Of a stretch of 64,000 nt of DNA, positions 25,261 to 41,575 are shown piece after piece (positions within the stretch are counted from its first letter, which is position 1; the number at the start of each line of letters is the position of its first letter). The position numbers and the translations under genes are program-made. The stretch comes from Ramazzottius varieornatus (Eukaryota; Animalia; Tardigrada). The notes under the pieces are model-generated. The model had not been told where the DNA came from. It made no database searches and saw nothing but the letters and a program-made list of their open reading frames with translations. Where the stretch lies: assembly GCA_001949185.1 (NCBI GenBank), contig BDGG01000002.1:5136448-5200447 (forward strand), written 5' to 3'.

Positions 25261-26355
25261 CTTGATCCGAATGAAATACTCGATCCGGACGTCGAAATGA
25301 ACCCCGATACCAACTCCAACAAATTCTGCCCAGAATCTGCGACGAAAACTCCACTTGATGCCTTTCAGTCACCGATAATCAGATAACCTTGTCATACAGT
25401 AACGATCCACTTTACGCAAACGCCTGAAAAACAAACAAAAATATTTCCATAAAACAATCCATTTATTCGACCACTGTGCCATTGATCAATCAATCAAACT
25501 TTCCACCAAAGCCATAAACAAACTAATCAGCCGATTAATCCAAAAGTTCGAAATAAACTCGACAACGGAGTTATCAGGGAGATTTCATTTTACAAAACTC
25601 ACCATTAGGGTTCAAGCGCTGTACATACCATCTTAGGCGAGCGATTGCTGGTGGCTGTCCATGAATGAATTCATAATGGATCCCGTCAGTTGACGCTGAT
25701 ATCAAAACGGCATTCACTGAATGATCAATGATCCAACCATGCAGATGTCTCCGAGATAACGCTGGCTTGTTTTCACTACAGCATCGCACAACTCTTTGCT
25801 AATGACTCCATCACCCAATATGACAATGTCCACTGGTACCGAGGAGGATAAAGGCCTATATAAAGGTGAAAGCAAAAGAGCAAGTTGTGACCATGATTAA
25901 ATCAAACAAATAATTTTGCAAATTAAAACCGCAAAGGAAAAGCGAGCTGGCTGTTTGCCCAAGACAGCTACGTTGCACTGCGTACGTACGACATGCGCCT
26001 CGGGTGAGCGCCCTTTGGTGATGGCGAAAGGTCTACCAGATGGCACCATCAGTCTCATGACGTCAAACAAACCATGACATAACACCGACATTTCTCCCTT
26101 TTGTGGGGCATTTCTTCGTTTTGTTATGTTATGGTCATGTCAATCAGCACGTGCGTAGGATAAACGGAGTTGATCGAATAAGATGACTTGATCAATTATT
26201 ACCACTCAACGCTCAACACGCAAAACTTCCACAATTTGCCATCGAAGGCTTTCAGCTTCCAGTCATTCCTTCCTTCGACCTATTCTAAGTTTACGCCTTT
26301 ACGGAGAGCAGCATACGATCAGGACTGGACAAGTGTGGCATCGACAAAACTCAGA
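25261..26355. promoter_or_regulatory. Divergent (head-to-head) promoter/5'UTR region shared by the KDM3-like gene and Tip60
   Basis: Start codons at 25260 (-) and 26356 (+); TATA-like TATATAAA at ~25857-25864. Assignment is from gene geometry only. Confidence 0.45.
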
Positions 26356-28608
<2,253 letters not shown>

Positions 28609-29400
28609 AGAGCTGGCAAGATCCTTTGTGGAGCTCGCTAATGTGAATCCCAGGTTGTATACCTTCTGTTTTTACACATTTTGCGTGGTCACTTTTACTA
28701 ATCGGTCGACTTATTCCACGGGCCGGTCATGTGTACGTATACCCCACTCTTTCTTACAGTCTTTTATCTTTCGTTGAAAATTCCTAAAATTACCCCATTC
28801 CTATTAATACTTGGGTACTATCTGCTGAAGCAAATGCACTAAACGCGCTTGATCAGGGTGAGGTAGCCAGTCTGCTTACGACTCGTGTCTTTCAGAGAAG
28901 CGTTTTCTACCTCTGTGGTTCATTTTTTCGCTGACACGCTGACCATTAATTTTGGGAGTTGCTCGGCAGACCCTGCATCAGTTTTGGGTAGTAAGCATCA
29001 GAGCCTACTAGCTCTTATCGGTAAGTTGGGCGTCGGTCGTTGATCGCGCACTGCGCTTCATAATTCGCGCTTGCTGATATTTTCAGGGGATGGTAGCGCT
29101 GCAGGAAAGCGTAACACCGTGATGCAGCGAACTAGAACTTCCTGTGTTTACCGCAACCTAATTTTTACAAGTTTGCACGCGGTGAGTTTACAAAGACCTT
29201 CTTGATCTGAGAATATATACCGTAATGATATATTATTTACAATGGTACAGGAAAATAGCTGCTTTATTACAGAAAACCACATGAGGAAATTCTACTATGA
29301 GATCGGTAAGACTACATGAGAGATTAGAACAGTAAGAATGAGATGACTAGAAAGAGATCACCGTCATTTCGCTCCTGCAACGTTTTGTACTGTTCCAGGC

Positions 29401-31760
29401 CTAGTTTGTGTAGTATGGGGATAGATGATGAGGGCCTTGGGGATGGTGCGAAGAAGCATATTGGCTACTGTGACTCTGTCCGGAGCCGGTACCCGCCACC
29501 ATCGCTGCCATTCCAGCAGCACTCTGGTAAAAGTTTGCCGCGCTCTGAAGCTGCGCAGCAGCGTTGTGCCCGATGGCCGACCAGTAAGCCTGGGGCGCCA
29601 CTGCGCCGCTCTGGAATGAATGGGGTGTATGGGCCGGGGAGGAAAAGGTCGATCCTGTGGAGGACATCAGGCCGAGTTTCGAGTTGGAGTACGCTGCGGC
29701 AGCGATGAAGAGATCGGGTCGATAGGCGGCGCTGAAGTCACTGGGATGACCCAACCCTGATCCAGAGCCTAAACAAGAATTTCAGAAGAAAATTTAACCG
29801 AATTTCTACGGAACGAAATTCAGATTATTCTTCGGCGAAGAATTTTCGCCAAAGTCAAATAATCTTATAATCAAACAGAACAGAATAAATCTAACCTGGT
29901 CCTCCATATTGCGAACTTCCAAAAGGGTTGTGCGATCCGGCATAAACGGCAACCGGGTTGGGAGTCGGTTGGACAGCTTGTTGAAGTCCATGGAAATCGA
30001 ATTTGTAAGCGTAACGTTTACCATGAACCTTGGTCATGATATTTTTGTCGTAGTAATAACGGAGTGCTCGCGAGAGCTTGTCATAGTTCATGTTGGGCTT
30101 GGACTTGCGCTCGCCCCAGCGTCGCGCCACTTCATCCGGGTCGGTAAGTTTGAATTCCCCGCTCTGCATACTGTTCTCCCATGTGATGCAGTTTCCGTTC
30201 GCAGGGTCCCCGAGAAGTTCCAACAAGAACTGCCACAGCTGGATCTGACCACTGCCCACCCCACCTGCGTTCGCGTAAGGGTTTCCAAGAGAGGAAGTGG
30301 ACAGTGAAGTGCTGTGTTGCATCGAGGTTGCATTGCCTGTCGGGGTCGATGTAGTGGAGGCACAAGCGCCGGCTTGAAGCAGCGACGAACCCGAGGCTGA
30401 CGATGATGGAGACGAGGTACCGTTATTGTTAGTGGCAGAAGTAACAGTAGTAGTAGATGTGGTCTGGGAGTTGCTAGTGTTATAATTATCGGTCTTGATG
30501 GAGGTTAAAGGGGAGGGATTAGTGGCGTGGGGATGATGGAGGCGGGCAGCACCGGCCGAATTGGGAGTAAACATTTGATAAGGGTACTCGACTGCAAAGA
30601 CGCCTAATTAGTGAGATGGAAACGGGAATTTGGTTTGCAGAATAGGGACTGTGAATATGCTAACTGGAGAATCGTTCAGTCGTTAATTGAATTCTAGTCC
30701 AGGCTTTTCTATGCATCATTAGGCAATGTTGAGGCAATATAAGACGACACTTTTCTGCTCAATTTAACCCAGATCATTACTCATTCGCTACAAGTCTCAA
30801 CGGTCTTCTCTCGCGTGTACTCGACAACCAGGAATACGAAGTTGTAAAGTTGTTTTGAAACGGAGGGTCTTTTCCATAACGATTAGACAGAGTCAAAGGT
30901 TATGCATAACGTTTACCATAAGTGATTGCTGGTGGTCCATCACATAGCGGCTGCTTACACTTGGTAAAATGTTTGCCAAAGTTTTCTATGTGTTTGAAAT
31001 TTGGCTGGGCAGATGTCTATTTCGAATGTATGGTACAGGCGATGGTAGCGGTTCGATTTCGCAGGAAACAGTTTCTTGCAGCAGACCAAATTTCGAATGA
31101 AGTATGATAGGTGACAGGTGAAATGCAATGTGGATACGATAATTCGGTCAAGTCATGCAAAGTCATATTTGCGGGTTCATTATTGTTTGCATCCCTTATG
31201 TAATGTCAAGAAATATTGAGGCGATGGAGTTGGCAGGTGCAGTGATGCTTCTGGAGGAAAGTCAAATCAAATATCTTTTCGTGACTTTGCTTTTCACTTC
31301 TCCTTCATTATCCTATTGATGAGTGACGTTAATGGCTGTGACAAACGTTTAATGGAAAAGTTAATGTGACGATGTCCCGTTTATCCCCTTTTCCTTTCCT
31401 TTCCTGTCCTGTCTGATCGATGATCGCGCTTGCACGATCTTTCCGTAACCTTTAATGCCGTCCCAGCCTAGTTAACTTCTGAGGTAACTATCCTCCTAAG
31501 TCTCTCGACTTCCACTGGGTCCCTGCGCTTCTCATTCATACTGATCATGAGAGAGGCTTGACGGTCTCTCTACACAAATTTTACCTTGTTCCGGTCAGAA
31601 AAAAAGGTTCCTAAAAGGGGAACTTACTTGGACCGGAAGGCGGCCAACTCGCTACAGCAGCCGATGCAGCTAGTGCGGCTGCTGCTGCCGCTCCAGATAA
31701 TCCAGTGTTTGAGACAGAAGCTTTTCTGAATGGTGTATCCGACAAGATCCCGTTGTTCTC
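29401..31760 (-). CDS. ETS transcription factor, ERG/FLI1/FEV (Ets65A/ast-1) subfamily; 5' end further upstream not resolved
   Basis: [15 protein letters not shown]...[42 protein letters not shown]. Exons ~31760-31627, 30590-29895 and 29768-29401 (ends [10 protein letters not shown], like ERG/FLI HLGSYY). No PNT domain seen. Confidence 0.93.
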
Positions 31761-33039
31761 TGCAAAGCAATCAAAACCGGTGAAATTTGGAATTTCTCCA
31801 GTTTGTAGTAGTTTAATGAAGGAGTAATAATGGATGAAAAATTGGTCAACGCTGGCTGTACCATGAGCAGCTCTAAAGATCATCTTGGAACGATCTTTGA
31901 GACGTTTGGTTGTCTCTGTGTGCGCCAGGTTTAGGAAGGGAATAGGTATTGGTACTAATAATAGTTATGAAAGTGAGGGGATGGTGTTGGGGAAGATTGG
32001 GAAGGAGGTGACGAGGATTAAGACAACAGAACTACTTCCTGGTTGTAACAAGACTAAGTGGAGGGGCCTATCGATGGTTTTGTAGAAAATGTCGAGTCAG
32101 CATTGTGGATGGAAAGAAAACATAACAGGGATAGATGGCGGGAAATCTCAGTTTGCAAAAAAAGCAGGAAGGAAGGAAGCGGGAAAGGACATTTGTTATA
32201 AAATGAGAAGGATTTCCGGGACACAGTTCCGATTGCGAATAAATGGCCAGTTAGACCGTTGTGTGTGGAGAAGTTGAGATCACGCGGCGGAAATTACTCT
32301 TTTAAGCACTCAACGTGGAGCCGCGTTTTGGGTCGTCGCTGAAGCTAGGGAGAGACTAAAGGCATCCCCGATCCTTGTCCGGATGGAGGGACGGAAGGAA
32401 GGAAGGATGTGCTAGGGCAAAGAAAGGAAAATGATTTTGATTACTTGCTGACGATCAAGAAGATCCGGAACGGAACAGGAAACGACCAAGTTGACAATAT
32501 AACTAATATGGCCAACAAGACACCCCGACATGCTCCAGCAACCTTCCCATAGAAGCTAGGCTCTCCACAAGCAACACATCCGCTGGCATCAGCCAATCCC
32601 CATCCCTTTTCCTTCCTGTCCGCACAGGCCTTCCTCGCTTCGTCACACTGCAGGCAGTAGGCACCCATCATCCCTTTACCCATTTGTCCTCTACCTCTCT
32701 TCCGATTCTTCCTTCTTCCTCTAGGTTTGCCCGGACGTGGAGGGAGATTCGGATTTAGCTTGCAATCGATATTTTTTCCATGAAATTCCCAGCACGCATC
32801 AGCATACGCCAACACCCACAATCTACAGCCACATCACGTCGACCAAGGGTAACGTCGACCCCAAGAGTTCCTTCTATATATGGAGGCGGTGAAGCTCGTA
32901 GCAGCCGTTCGGAACGAATGCGGAGGTTTGAGGCTATACCGCTAACCGCTTCCAGTCCATCAATTTCCAAAATGGTTTTGTCTGGTTTGTTCGGGAAATT
33001 TTTTCCTTCAGCTTTTTCGGTCTTTACGAGAGCAGAATG

Positions 33040-33100
33040 AAATTGTCTCAGGCGGCGCACGTTCTTATTGTTGTTGGCTCAAATAGTGCGCCACTTAGCA
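33040..33100. mobile_element. Foldback family A, degenerate copy 4
   Basis: GGCGCACGTTCT (33054) ... GTGCGCCACTT (33086-33096); the spacer resembles copies 1 and 3. Confidence 0.55.
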
Positions 33101-35679
33101 AAGCCATTCTGGTTTGAGCAACAATTTGTCAAAAGGCGGAAGAATATTCGGTTTCCGTGTTCAACCTTGAATTTCGTGAGTGGTGGAATTTAACGTGTTT
33201 CTGTAATTTGATTAGGTAGGAAAGCGTTTCCGCTTGTCGTCCAGGAAAGATCACGTTCGACAAGAGCAAAGAGTCTTCCGATGTCCATATTTGGGGGTTT
33301 CCTGTTCTTGTTGAGTGCACTGGCTTTGCATTGAGCTCCTCGTCCTGTTTCCTTCCTTTCTAACGTGCTTGAGTCTGCGGGTACTCTTTACATACGTCAA
33401 TGGGTACGCTGGTTATTAAGCCGAGCGGCAAAGCAATTTCCTGTCGTGGCATTCTTGTTCTTTACGCCCGGACAAAGGCTGCAGCGTAGCAATCACAGAT
33501 CGCTTCCGCCCATCGTGTAGCCCAGTAAATGCTCGAATGTTGTTCTTTCCCCTCAACTAGCTCGATGCAGCTTCCATACAAAGTGCCCGAGCAACCTCGT
33601 GGCCTTTAATTACCAAGTTCATTTTGCGGTGTGGCCAGAGTGGAGAGTGCTCGATTTGTGAACAAGGATGTTGCTGGCTGGCCGCTCTCGTTTTAGTCAT
33701 CCCTCCCAACTACGCTTGAGCATCACAAAAGGACTCCGGCACGTGTGGCGGGTGTTAATGCCTACTGGCGAGAGCATTGTCAAGACGAATATCGTATAAA
33801 ATACAAAAGCAGCTTAATTTCTATGCATGCGCTCGGTTATTTGAGATGGATGAGGCCGTCATAACAAACGTCCATGCGTCACACTAACTATAGATGAAAC
33901 TCCCTGGTGTTCCATTATTTATACACAGTAGCCGACCAGAGTAGGTTCCCACACTCCCGAATTTCAACCCAACAACATATTTTGCTTCTGGAACCCACCC
34001 TTGAATTATTCTAAACTATTGAAGAATTTTTCCGCTGCTAAAGGAATCTAACTTGACTAACAGGAAAATTCTTTGTACGCTTGAATTTCGAATTTTTGCG
34101 CAGAGTGTGCGGAAATTTTTTGACTGAAGAGAGTGCAATTTTTTGAGTGAGGAAGCGCGGCTCAAATATGTTTTTCGAGCCTGTGTGGTAAAGGGGCATC
34201 AAGCAGGGAAGTCTTTCATGGGAAGGAGGAGGAAGAGCCGCGGCCGCTTGGCAGCCTGAAAGGCGTGTGGCGCGTGTCACTACCGCATAAATTGATAATG
34301 AATCCCTTTCTGTGATTACGCTTATCCTTGTGTAAATATGAATTTTAGATGTGTGTGCGAAACCGTTCTCACGTGTGAAACAATAGACCTAGGATTGCTG
34401 CATTGTGTCTTCCAGCCTGCCTTCCCGCTCCTTATAGTATTATAGTCCATTCAGTCAGAGAAATTCGCTAGATACATTCTAAATACCTGCCCGCGTTTTA
34501 TAGAACGTCCTAACCATTTTATTAGCTTATTTTCTGAGCGTTTTTTGGATTATAACATTAAGCGGTTCCGAGCATGAGAAGCAAGGCAGTATCAAAGTCC
34601 ATTAGCTGAGCCCCGTTTAATATTTAACTATGGCAGTACGGAACAGAGATGAGCTCCTTGTTTCGGTATGCGTGACCGCTATATGAACACGATCCTGTAA
34701 TTCCGCCCTATATGCATGGTGTAATTTAACCGGCCTCGATGGATGTTGACTGGAATTTGATTACGTCCATTTATTGAGAAAATCCATGAAGTTGCTGTGA
34801 GCACCTCCTGACCTGCAATTAACTTCTCACGCAATCGCTCAGTAAACAGAAGTTATCCTCTAATACCTATTTAGAGTGACACGTGCCTTCCCCAATCATG
34901 GTCAGCTCACCTTGTTTCAAAATTCTTTGATTTTGTACTAGCTGATTTTCTGAAACTCTGTCTGAATTTGGAACCAAATTTGAATGGAATGGTCGTTGCA
35001 CCGTTAATTAGAGGCCTAAGATTGTTGTTGTTGTCAGTGTGGCTGGAGAAATGAGGAACCCATTTGTATGCAGGGCACGGAAGCTGAAAGAGTTTGCGGA
35101 TGGAGCTACACAGGACAGACTGTACGGTTAAAATGAGCTAACGGAAATCGGGATCGAGTGCGGTAGTGCATTCCCGCCGGCCGGAAATGCCGCTGATCAG
35201 CAGCTCGAGTAACTCCGACCTCCCTCTCGGCCTGTCTTCAACTTCTCATCGTGAGTTTTACTCTGTGCATTCTAACAAGCATAAGTTGCCGACTGAATAC
35301 TCATGCAGGTTTCTCAGTCTAACGTCTCACGAGGACTATCACGAAGGCTTGAAGGGACTTCAAGGCTGAATATCGAGATGGAGAGCTGAAGTTCTCCGTT
35401 TTCTGTTGGCGTTTTGTCTATCCGGCACTGAGGTTCGCTGTTCAACGAATACGACATGGATATAATTACTCGAGTAATGACATAATGTCCCTCTAAACCG
35501 CGTAATCAGATACAATGAATGAATTTCAGACAGTATGCCTAAATGCGGTCGCATTAGTCATGGAAATCTTATTAATTAGTTTATCCCCATGCATAACCTT
35601 TCCTTTGTCACATTACGCCTACTACAAACGATATGGCGGACACTGCGCGTGGTGTTTCACCGCTACTTGTTCCAGGTTA

Positions 35680-37654
35680 CAGTGACTTCCGGGTTGTCAC
35701 GGCCTATATCATGAACCAACAAAAATTCATCTGGAAAAATTACTGTGGAAATAAGTTGACCTTACGAAATGATTCTCAAATTTCATATTGTTGGCTTCAG
35801 TGAAAGGGGACAAGGGCTGATCGAAGCTTGCTAGAGCACACACTTGAATACAGGGACGGCCTGGGAAGAAGGAGACGGTCTGGATGGCAAATGCGTTTTT
35901 AATAAAGCGACGAGAGCCGGCAATGGATCAAAGAGTGAATGATGACAATATGTTTGCATTTATCGCCCTGGAATATCATTCAGTTCATATGGCCATTCAG
36001 TAAACATGGGCTTGATCGAATTTCCATCAGAGATTGCAGCCCTGTCCTGTAAGAGCCTATCGACTTGTCCCTTGCCGACAAACATATCGCGGCCAACACT
36101 GATCAGATCAACCTCACAGTTAAGACAGTTATCTCCCAACTCCCTTAAACGCTTTGCTTGCTCTGGACAAGCTGTGGGTGAGAATAAAATCGGCCATTCC
36201 AGATCGGCGTTTCATTCCTGCATTCTAGAGCACTTTTCCGTGACCACCCAACCGCCCTGGATGCGTCGAAGTATCGATTGGTAAACTTTTCTTCCCTCAC
36301 TTATGATGCAAATCATGGCGTAAAGATCGAAGTTCAGTTGAGGCTTTGATCGACGTCGGTAGCCTGAAACCTTTCAGTATATGTTTAACCCGTACGGAAG
36401 GCTGGCTATTGATCTGTTGGTCAGTTAGGCACGCACTAGAGTTGACTCTTTTCAAGTGCAAAGTCTGCCGTAACGTTTACCGAACATGGCGCGGAATGGC
36501 TCAAACGTTTATGGGATATGCACTTGTTGTCGCTCTTTCCCGTCTTTTGACTCCTTGCCTTTTCATCGGGTTGTATGTGGATGAGCTCACTAAACCCATC
36601 GATCATACAGACTTCAAGCATGGATGCCGGTAAGGCTTGAACATGTCAACGCTCTTTGATGCGAAAGTGTTTACCAGCAGAACGAACACGCCGTTTAGTA
36701 GGCCTCTCGTGGGGAAAACCTAGCAACCGGGTCTGGAAGCAAATGATGATGTTGTGGGGTCTGTACGATGTGTCGCTGCACACTAGAGGACCGACCAAGT
36801 CCTGGCTTACACAGGCGCCCTCTAGCAGCAAACTCTGTCTCCGCGTTGACTATTCTCCGTCTACTTGACCCCACAAAAACGCTGTATCTGGACTTTCTAG
36901 TGCGTCACAACTTACTTTCAGCCTCAAAGATGTCGTTGCAGGAATAGAAGGACGTCTTTCCATGTTGCCTGTAGTCCTGTGATGGGAGTGAACGCACCGG
37001 AAACTGACTTTCGGAAGCCACGTAGGAACCTCCTGAGGTTTCTCTACCTGCAATAAACAAATGCTCATCATCAACACTGCACTTATGTTAGCGAAAAACA
37101 CGTTGTAGCCTCACCTTCATTCCGTGAGGTGTGACCATCGAACATTTGTGTTTCTGTTTTGATGGGTCTTCGGCCTTCTGCGGATACACAACAGAAAAAG
37201 TCAGACCAAGATCGATCCAGAGAGCCTCGCAGCCATCCCGAACAGATGGCGCTGTGGTAGGATGGATAGTATCCTGATGCTTACCGTCGACCTCCGCGTG
37301 TCGGCTGTGAAACTGGTCGTTGCAGGACCTCTGATCGACATCTGGAGTACACGGCACAGTAAAGGACTTTACTGTATCACCCTATCGTGGTCATCGTTGC
37401 AGGTCGTGTTCACATTCTTACCGTAAAACTGCCGTTTGCTGGACTGTCCACCAGGCCCGCTTCCGGTGCGAACTTGCGTGGGTAGGTGTGACTGGGCCGA
37501 CGATGGGTAAAACGACACAGCTGCCCGTATCGGCTGACTTTCTCGTGTGGAACCCTCGGTGTAATTAGGCATAGTCTTCTTTCGTTTGGACCTAAAAAGT
37601 TGTCGATTATAGTAAGAGTAACTTCGCATCTAAGCTGCGACTACCAGGCCACTG
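35680..37654 (-). pseudogene. Possible decayed DNA-transposon relic
   Basis: Broken minus-strand coding-like fragments with splice-like sites and a C...CK...HHHLLPDP segment (~36730-36835) weakly like a FLYWCH finger. Bounded by ta|CAGTG (35680) and CACTG|ta (37654) with weak inverted similarity. Confidence 0.25.
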
Positions 37655-40600
37655 TATGAAAAAACACGCCATCTGTCGACGACCTTAACATATACCCAAT
37701 CAGGGCGGGCGGTATTAAATGGTACTCGTATGATATCGTACCAGCACTGAAAGTAAAACCCGCCTTGAAAACTCATGCAATTTTATCTGGTCTTAGTGAA
37801 CTTGAGTATTTCGACCATGCCGTGAAACATTTAGTAGACGAAACCCATTCAAAAAGAAGGTCTGAAACGAAGTTTTCGTCTCCCGCATTTCACTTCGGTT
37901 GCTCGCGGTAACTAACCTGTGAACTTCACCTGCCAGGTATGCTGCTTGGCATGCTTCCATTGCTCATCCTAGCCACTTCAAAGGAAACTCAAGTCACCTG
38001 TCGCAGTGTAATGCGAAATTTTCATTCGATAATTGTGCTGTAAGTTGAAACGCATTGTGTAGAGGGTATTTTGGGTGATTTGTCAGCAGATTATAGGTTC
38101 ATCACGGCATAACGCATGAGCTGGTGAAGCTGGAAAAATGGCTGGATCTATATGGAATATTGTGGTCATTGATATCGAACTGGCAGAAAAGATTGTCCCT
38201 TGGGTTGTTTTGAGGAATAGAATGGTGTAGTCACGGAAGGTTCATCACCGATACTGAATAGCTACAATTATTTCATTATTCGTCCATAGCTAGGACCTCG
38301 TAATATGTGCCTGGCAATTAATAGATCAAGTTGCGTGTTATGGGCAATTTGTTTGCGTGCCATCTGACCTCTTCCTCTGTCGTACACAGCACAGCCAGCT
38401 AGCTTCGATGGTTTTTCTTCCTTCTGCATTACTTGACCTCTGAAGTTTCCCCTTTAGTGTCGAAATTCTCTAATGAAGTCCGAAGAACCGATGGTTTTTT
38501 CTATTTAGTAAATCATAAAGTTTGATTTCTTCCCACATACACATATTTTGCATAGCGCACAGTCATTTTAGAATACCTCGAACAAGTGTTTAAGGCGCCT
38601 GCTTGAGAGAGTTTTCAATTCTCAAAATCTTCGTACTTGGGACGAAAAATTTGTCCTTCGTTGCATTTTGTGCAAGAAAGGGAACCTTCTTCAGTTGTCC
38701 CGACCATCAGATTGTCAAAAGCTCGCAAATTAAATTGTGAGTTGTTAGGTTTGCTTAACAAAATCAGTTGGTAAAAGAACTTTTGTCAATCGGAAGGTTC
38801 CAAGTAAATCGACATTTGATGAAACGGGTTTTGTCTGAAGTTCTTAGCTTCAGTCATTCGTACAGCTTTCTTTAGATAAAAATCACCAAACTCGATATGG
38901 TGACCTTTCCCCACACTAGTTACTGATGCATTTCTTGCCCTGTAGACCGTATTAGTATGACTTTTAGGTCCATATGGTTAAAGTTGACGTTTCACCGTTT
39001 GAATACCTGATTCTGATGGAGACCAGACAGTTTTTCTTTGTGTAGAGCTTCGTGCAGAGGTTTCGTACTACGCTTCACGTAGTGTGCAGTGGAGCGGCGC
39101 AGTGGTATGTGTTGGAAACGAACGGAAGAGGATATGGTTGGGAAGCGCGTATTGACCACACAGGTTACCGGTCCCTCGTAACGGTAATGACCTGCACAAT
39201 GGAAAGTCTGGCCGACGACGGAAACGCCGTAGAGTCGTTGGCTGGTACCGGATACGGTAAAAGTGCGTTGAGAATGTCGACGGGATGTGCGATGGGGCCA
39301 ATTGGACAGCAAAAAGGCTTTACTGTCGGCGGCAACCTGAAAAGGAGGAAGAATCTTCCTGTGAGGAAGGAACAATAAAGGAAACAGGAATTGCGCTACA
39401 TAACATGACGACTTCTGGAGGGCATATGGAGGGATGTATCTAACCTAGTAATGGCTCGACAACGGAAGGTCGGTCCGCGGAGTTCGCCACTTCCTTTTCC
39501 TGTAGAGGCTGTGGTTGGCGGATAAGACTAGGATATGCCAACGGAAGAGGTGCACAGTCAGAATAAATAAGATATTGAAAAAGAAGGGGAAACGCTAGCA
39601 CTAGGCCGCTTCCTTCCTTTCCAGTCCAGCCTGCAAAACGGCAGCTTCTCAACTGGATGCGAACCGGCCGGACGGATGTCAGCCAGGAAAATGTAACGAT
39701 AAATCCAATCCTCAAAGGTCGTTTAATACCACCACACTGTGCTTCCGGTTATGGCTGCTGTACACCAGGGCGTATATCGAATGGAGAATATCATCTTGGC
39801 CATATTGCCGTAGGCGTGCACCCAGCTTCCAACAAATGAGCAAGAACGTCAATCGAGCGTGTCAGTCCTTTCGTCTTCCAGAAGCCCCTCGTAACGGAAG
39901 CTGTCCTTTCTGGCTCAAGCAAGGCTTTCTGGCTGAGTGCAAAGGGCAGATAATATTGTTGTTGTACAGAATTAGTAGCCCGTGTACTGCAAAGATGCCT
40001 TCCTTCATTTTGATGTTGCGGCTGTTCCCGTATTGCGACAACTGCATGCGCCGTCCCATCGCAGGAAATCGATGGCGATCTGTAGAGCCTATCATATTCT
40101 TTCTCTTCGGTAGCAAGGTTGAGGATCAGCTCCTACAGCATTCCTGGAGCATGAATTGGGATGGCATCGCGATGTGACAAAGCTGTGTGCAATGATTCTA
40201 TTGTTCTGACAGATGCCTCTTTCATCGCTCATTGACTATATCGTTGGTTGCGGTTTCTCATCAGATGTAGTGTAATCGTTCATAGCGGCAACAGAAAACA
40301 TGTCGATTTCATCAACCTTGATTTTTTCTTAGGTGGAACGTTGATTTTTGGAAAACTGATTAATTCGAAAAGGTCGGACCAACATTAGTTTCCGTGTTTG
40401 AGCGGTTGATTTAGGGTTTTTTGTGGTGGGCGTAGCAGATTTTTCCCTCGTGGCCGGCATAATTATAACGATAATGTACAGTGGCTGAAAGTTGAAACAA
40501 GGGTTTTGGGAAAGAGCTTTTGTGACCTCTGTAAGTTATATCCACTTTGTAGATCGTGATTTACAAAGAGCTTTTATAGTGAAGCCTGTTTTCCATTAGA

Positions 40601-41575
40601 CCAGCGCTTCCGTTGTTCGTATGGCCACCCGCTGCGCAGACGACGTTTGGAGCGCACGACGCAACAGGAATCTACTCACGGTATGTTTCTCACGTTCACC
40701 GATTTCCCATTTGGGACCAAGCACTGAGAGACACCATCCAACGGGAATAGAGTCGTCAACTAAATTGATACACATTATAATTTAGTGAAAGGGATTTGAT
40801 GAAGTTGCTTATTCTACAGAACAAAGGCGACGCAGACAGTTGATTCATTAGGCATCGCAGCCATCCCAGAAAGCAACGGAAGCGACAAGATGAGCAGGAA
40901 ATGTCGCAAGTCAATTCCCTTCCAAGTGTAACGACCAAAAGCTATCTATCAACTCTTCCCATTCTTGCAACCAGTGCCTTCTCCCTCTGTGCAATGTCGT
41001 GTGCTCGAGGACAGCCAAACAACTGGTACGCGAGGGCAGCTGACATTCAAAGACTGGCGAGTAAAGTAGCTTCCATCGTGATGGCGACCTCCGACGTCGA
41101 CTGATTGCGTGCAAATGCCTTTGATCAATAATTAGCCACGGTATTCCTGTGCTAATTATTACTGCGATTTCCACGCAGCCAAGTGTTCGTTAAATCCTCA
41201 ACCATTACCGGCAGATCTAATATTTTCACGATTTGCAATCAGTTGTATAAGTCACAGTTCGTCAAAAATCCTTGCCAAAAAACATCCAGATTAAAACGGA
41301 GAAATTAAAAAGCTAATTATGTTTCTTATCGGACGACAATAAAGGTCAACGAGTAATAAAGAAGCTATGCCATAACTGTACATGAGGCGAATGGGGCACC
41401 TTCCAGAACGATTCGTCTACAAGGTCGACAAAATATGATCGAAGATCCGACATGACTCGCGACTGAATCAAACATGTACAGCGAATGGAATAATTATTGA
41501 ATATTGTGGCTTCGAAAATCACACAGCTGATAAAAGACAATGTTTCCAAGCTTCGAACCTTTCTTTGAAACCACT

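Noticed and set aside
31761-35600. Purine/pyrimidine-rich tracts and ORF 32441-32821 as ETS 5' coding exon or PNT domain
   Set aside because: No PNT similarity, and the splice phase does not fit the next exon; treated as 5' UTR/regulatory DNA.
38992-41174. Coding-like fragments including the Cys-rich KCNDQ...HSCNQCLLPLCNVVC near 40925-41010
   Set aside because: Multiple stops and no family recognised; may be a TE relic but cannot be supported without a search.
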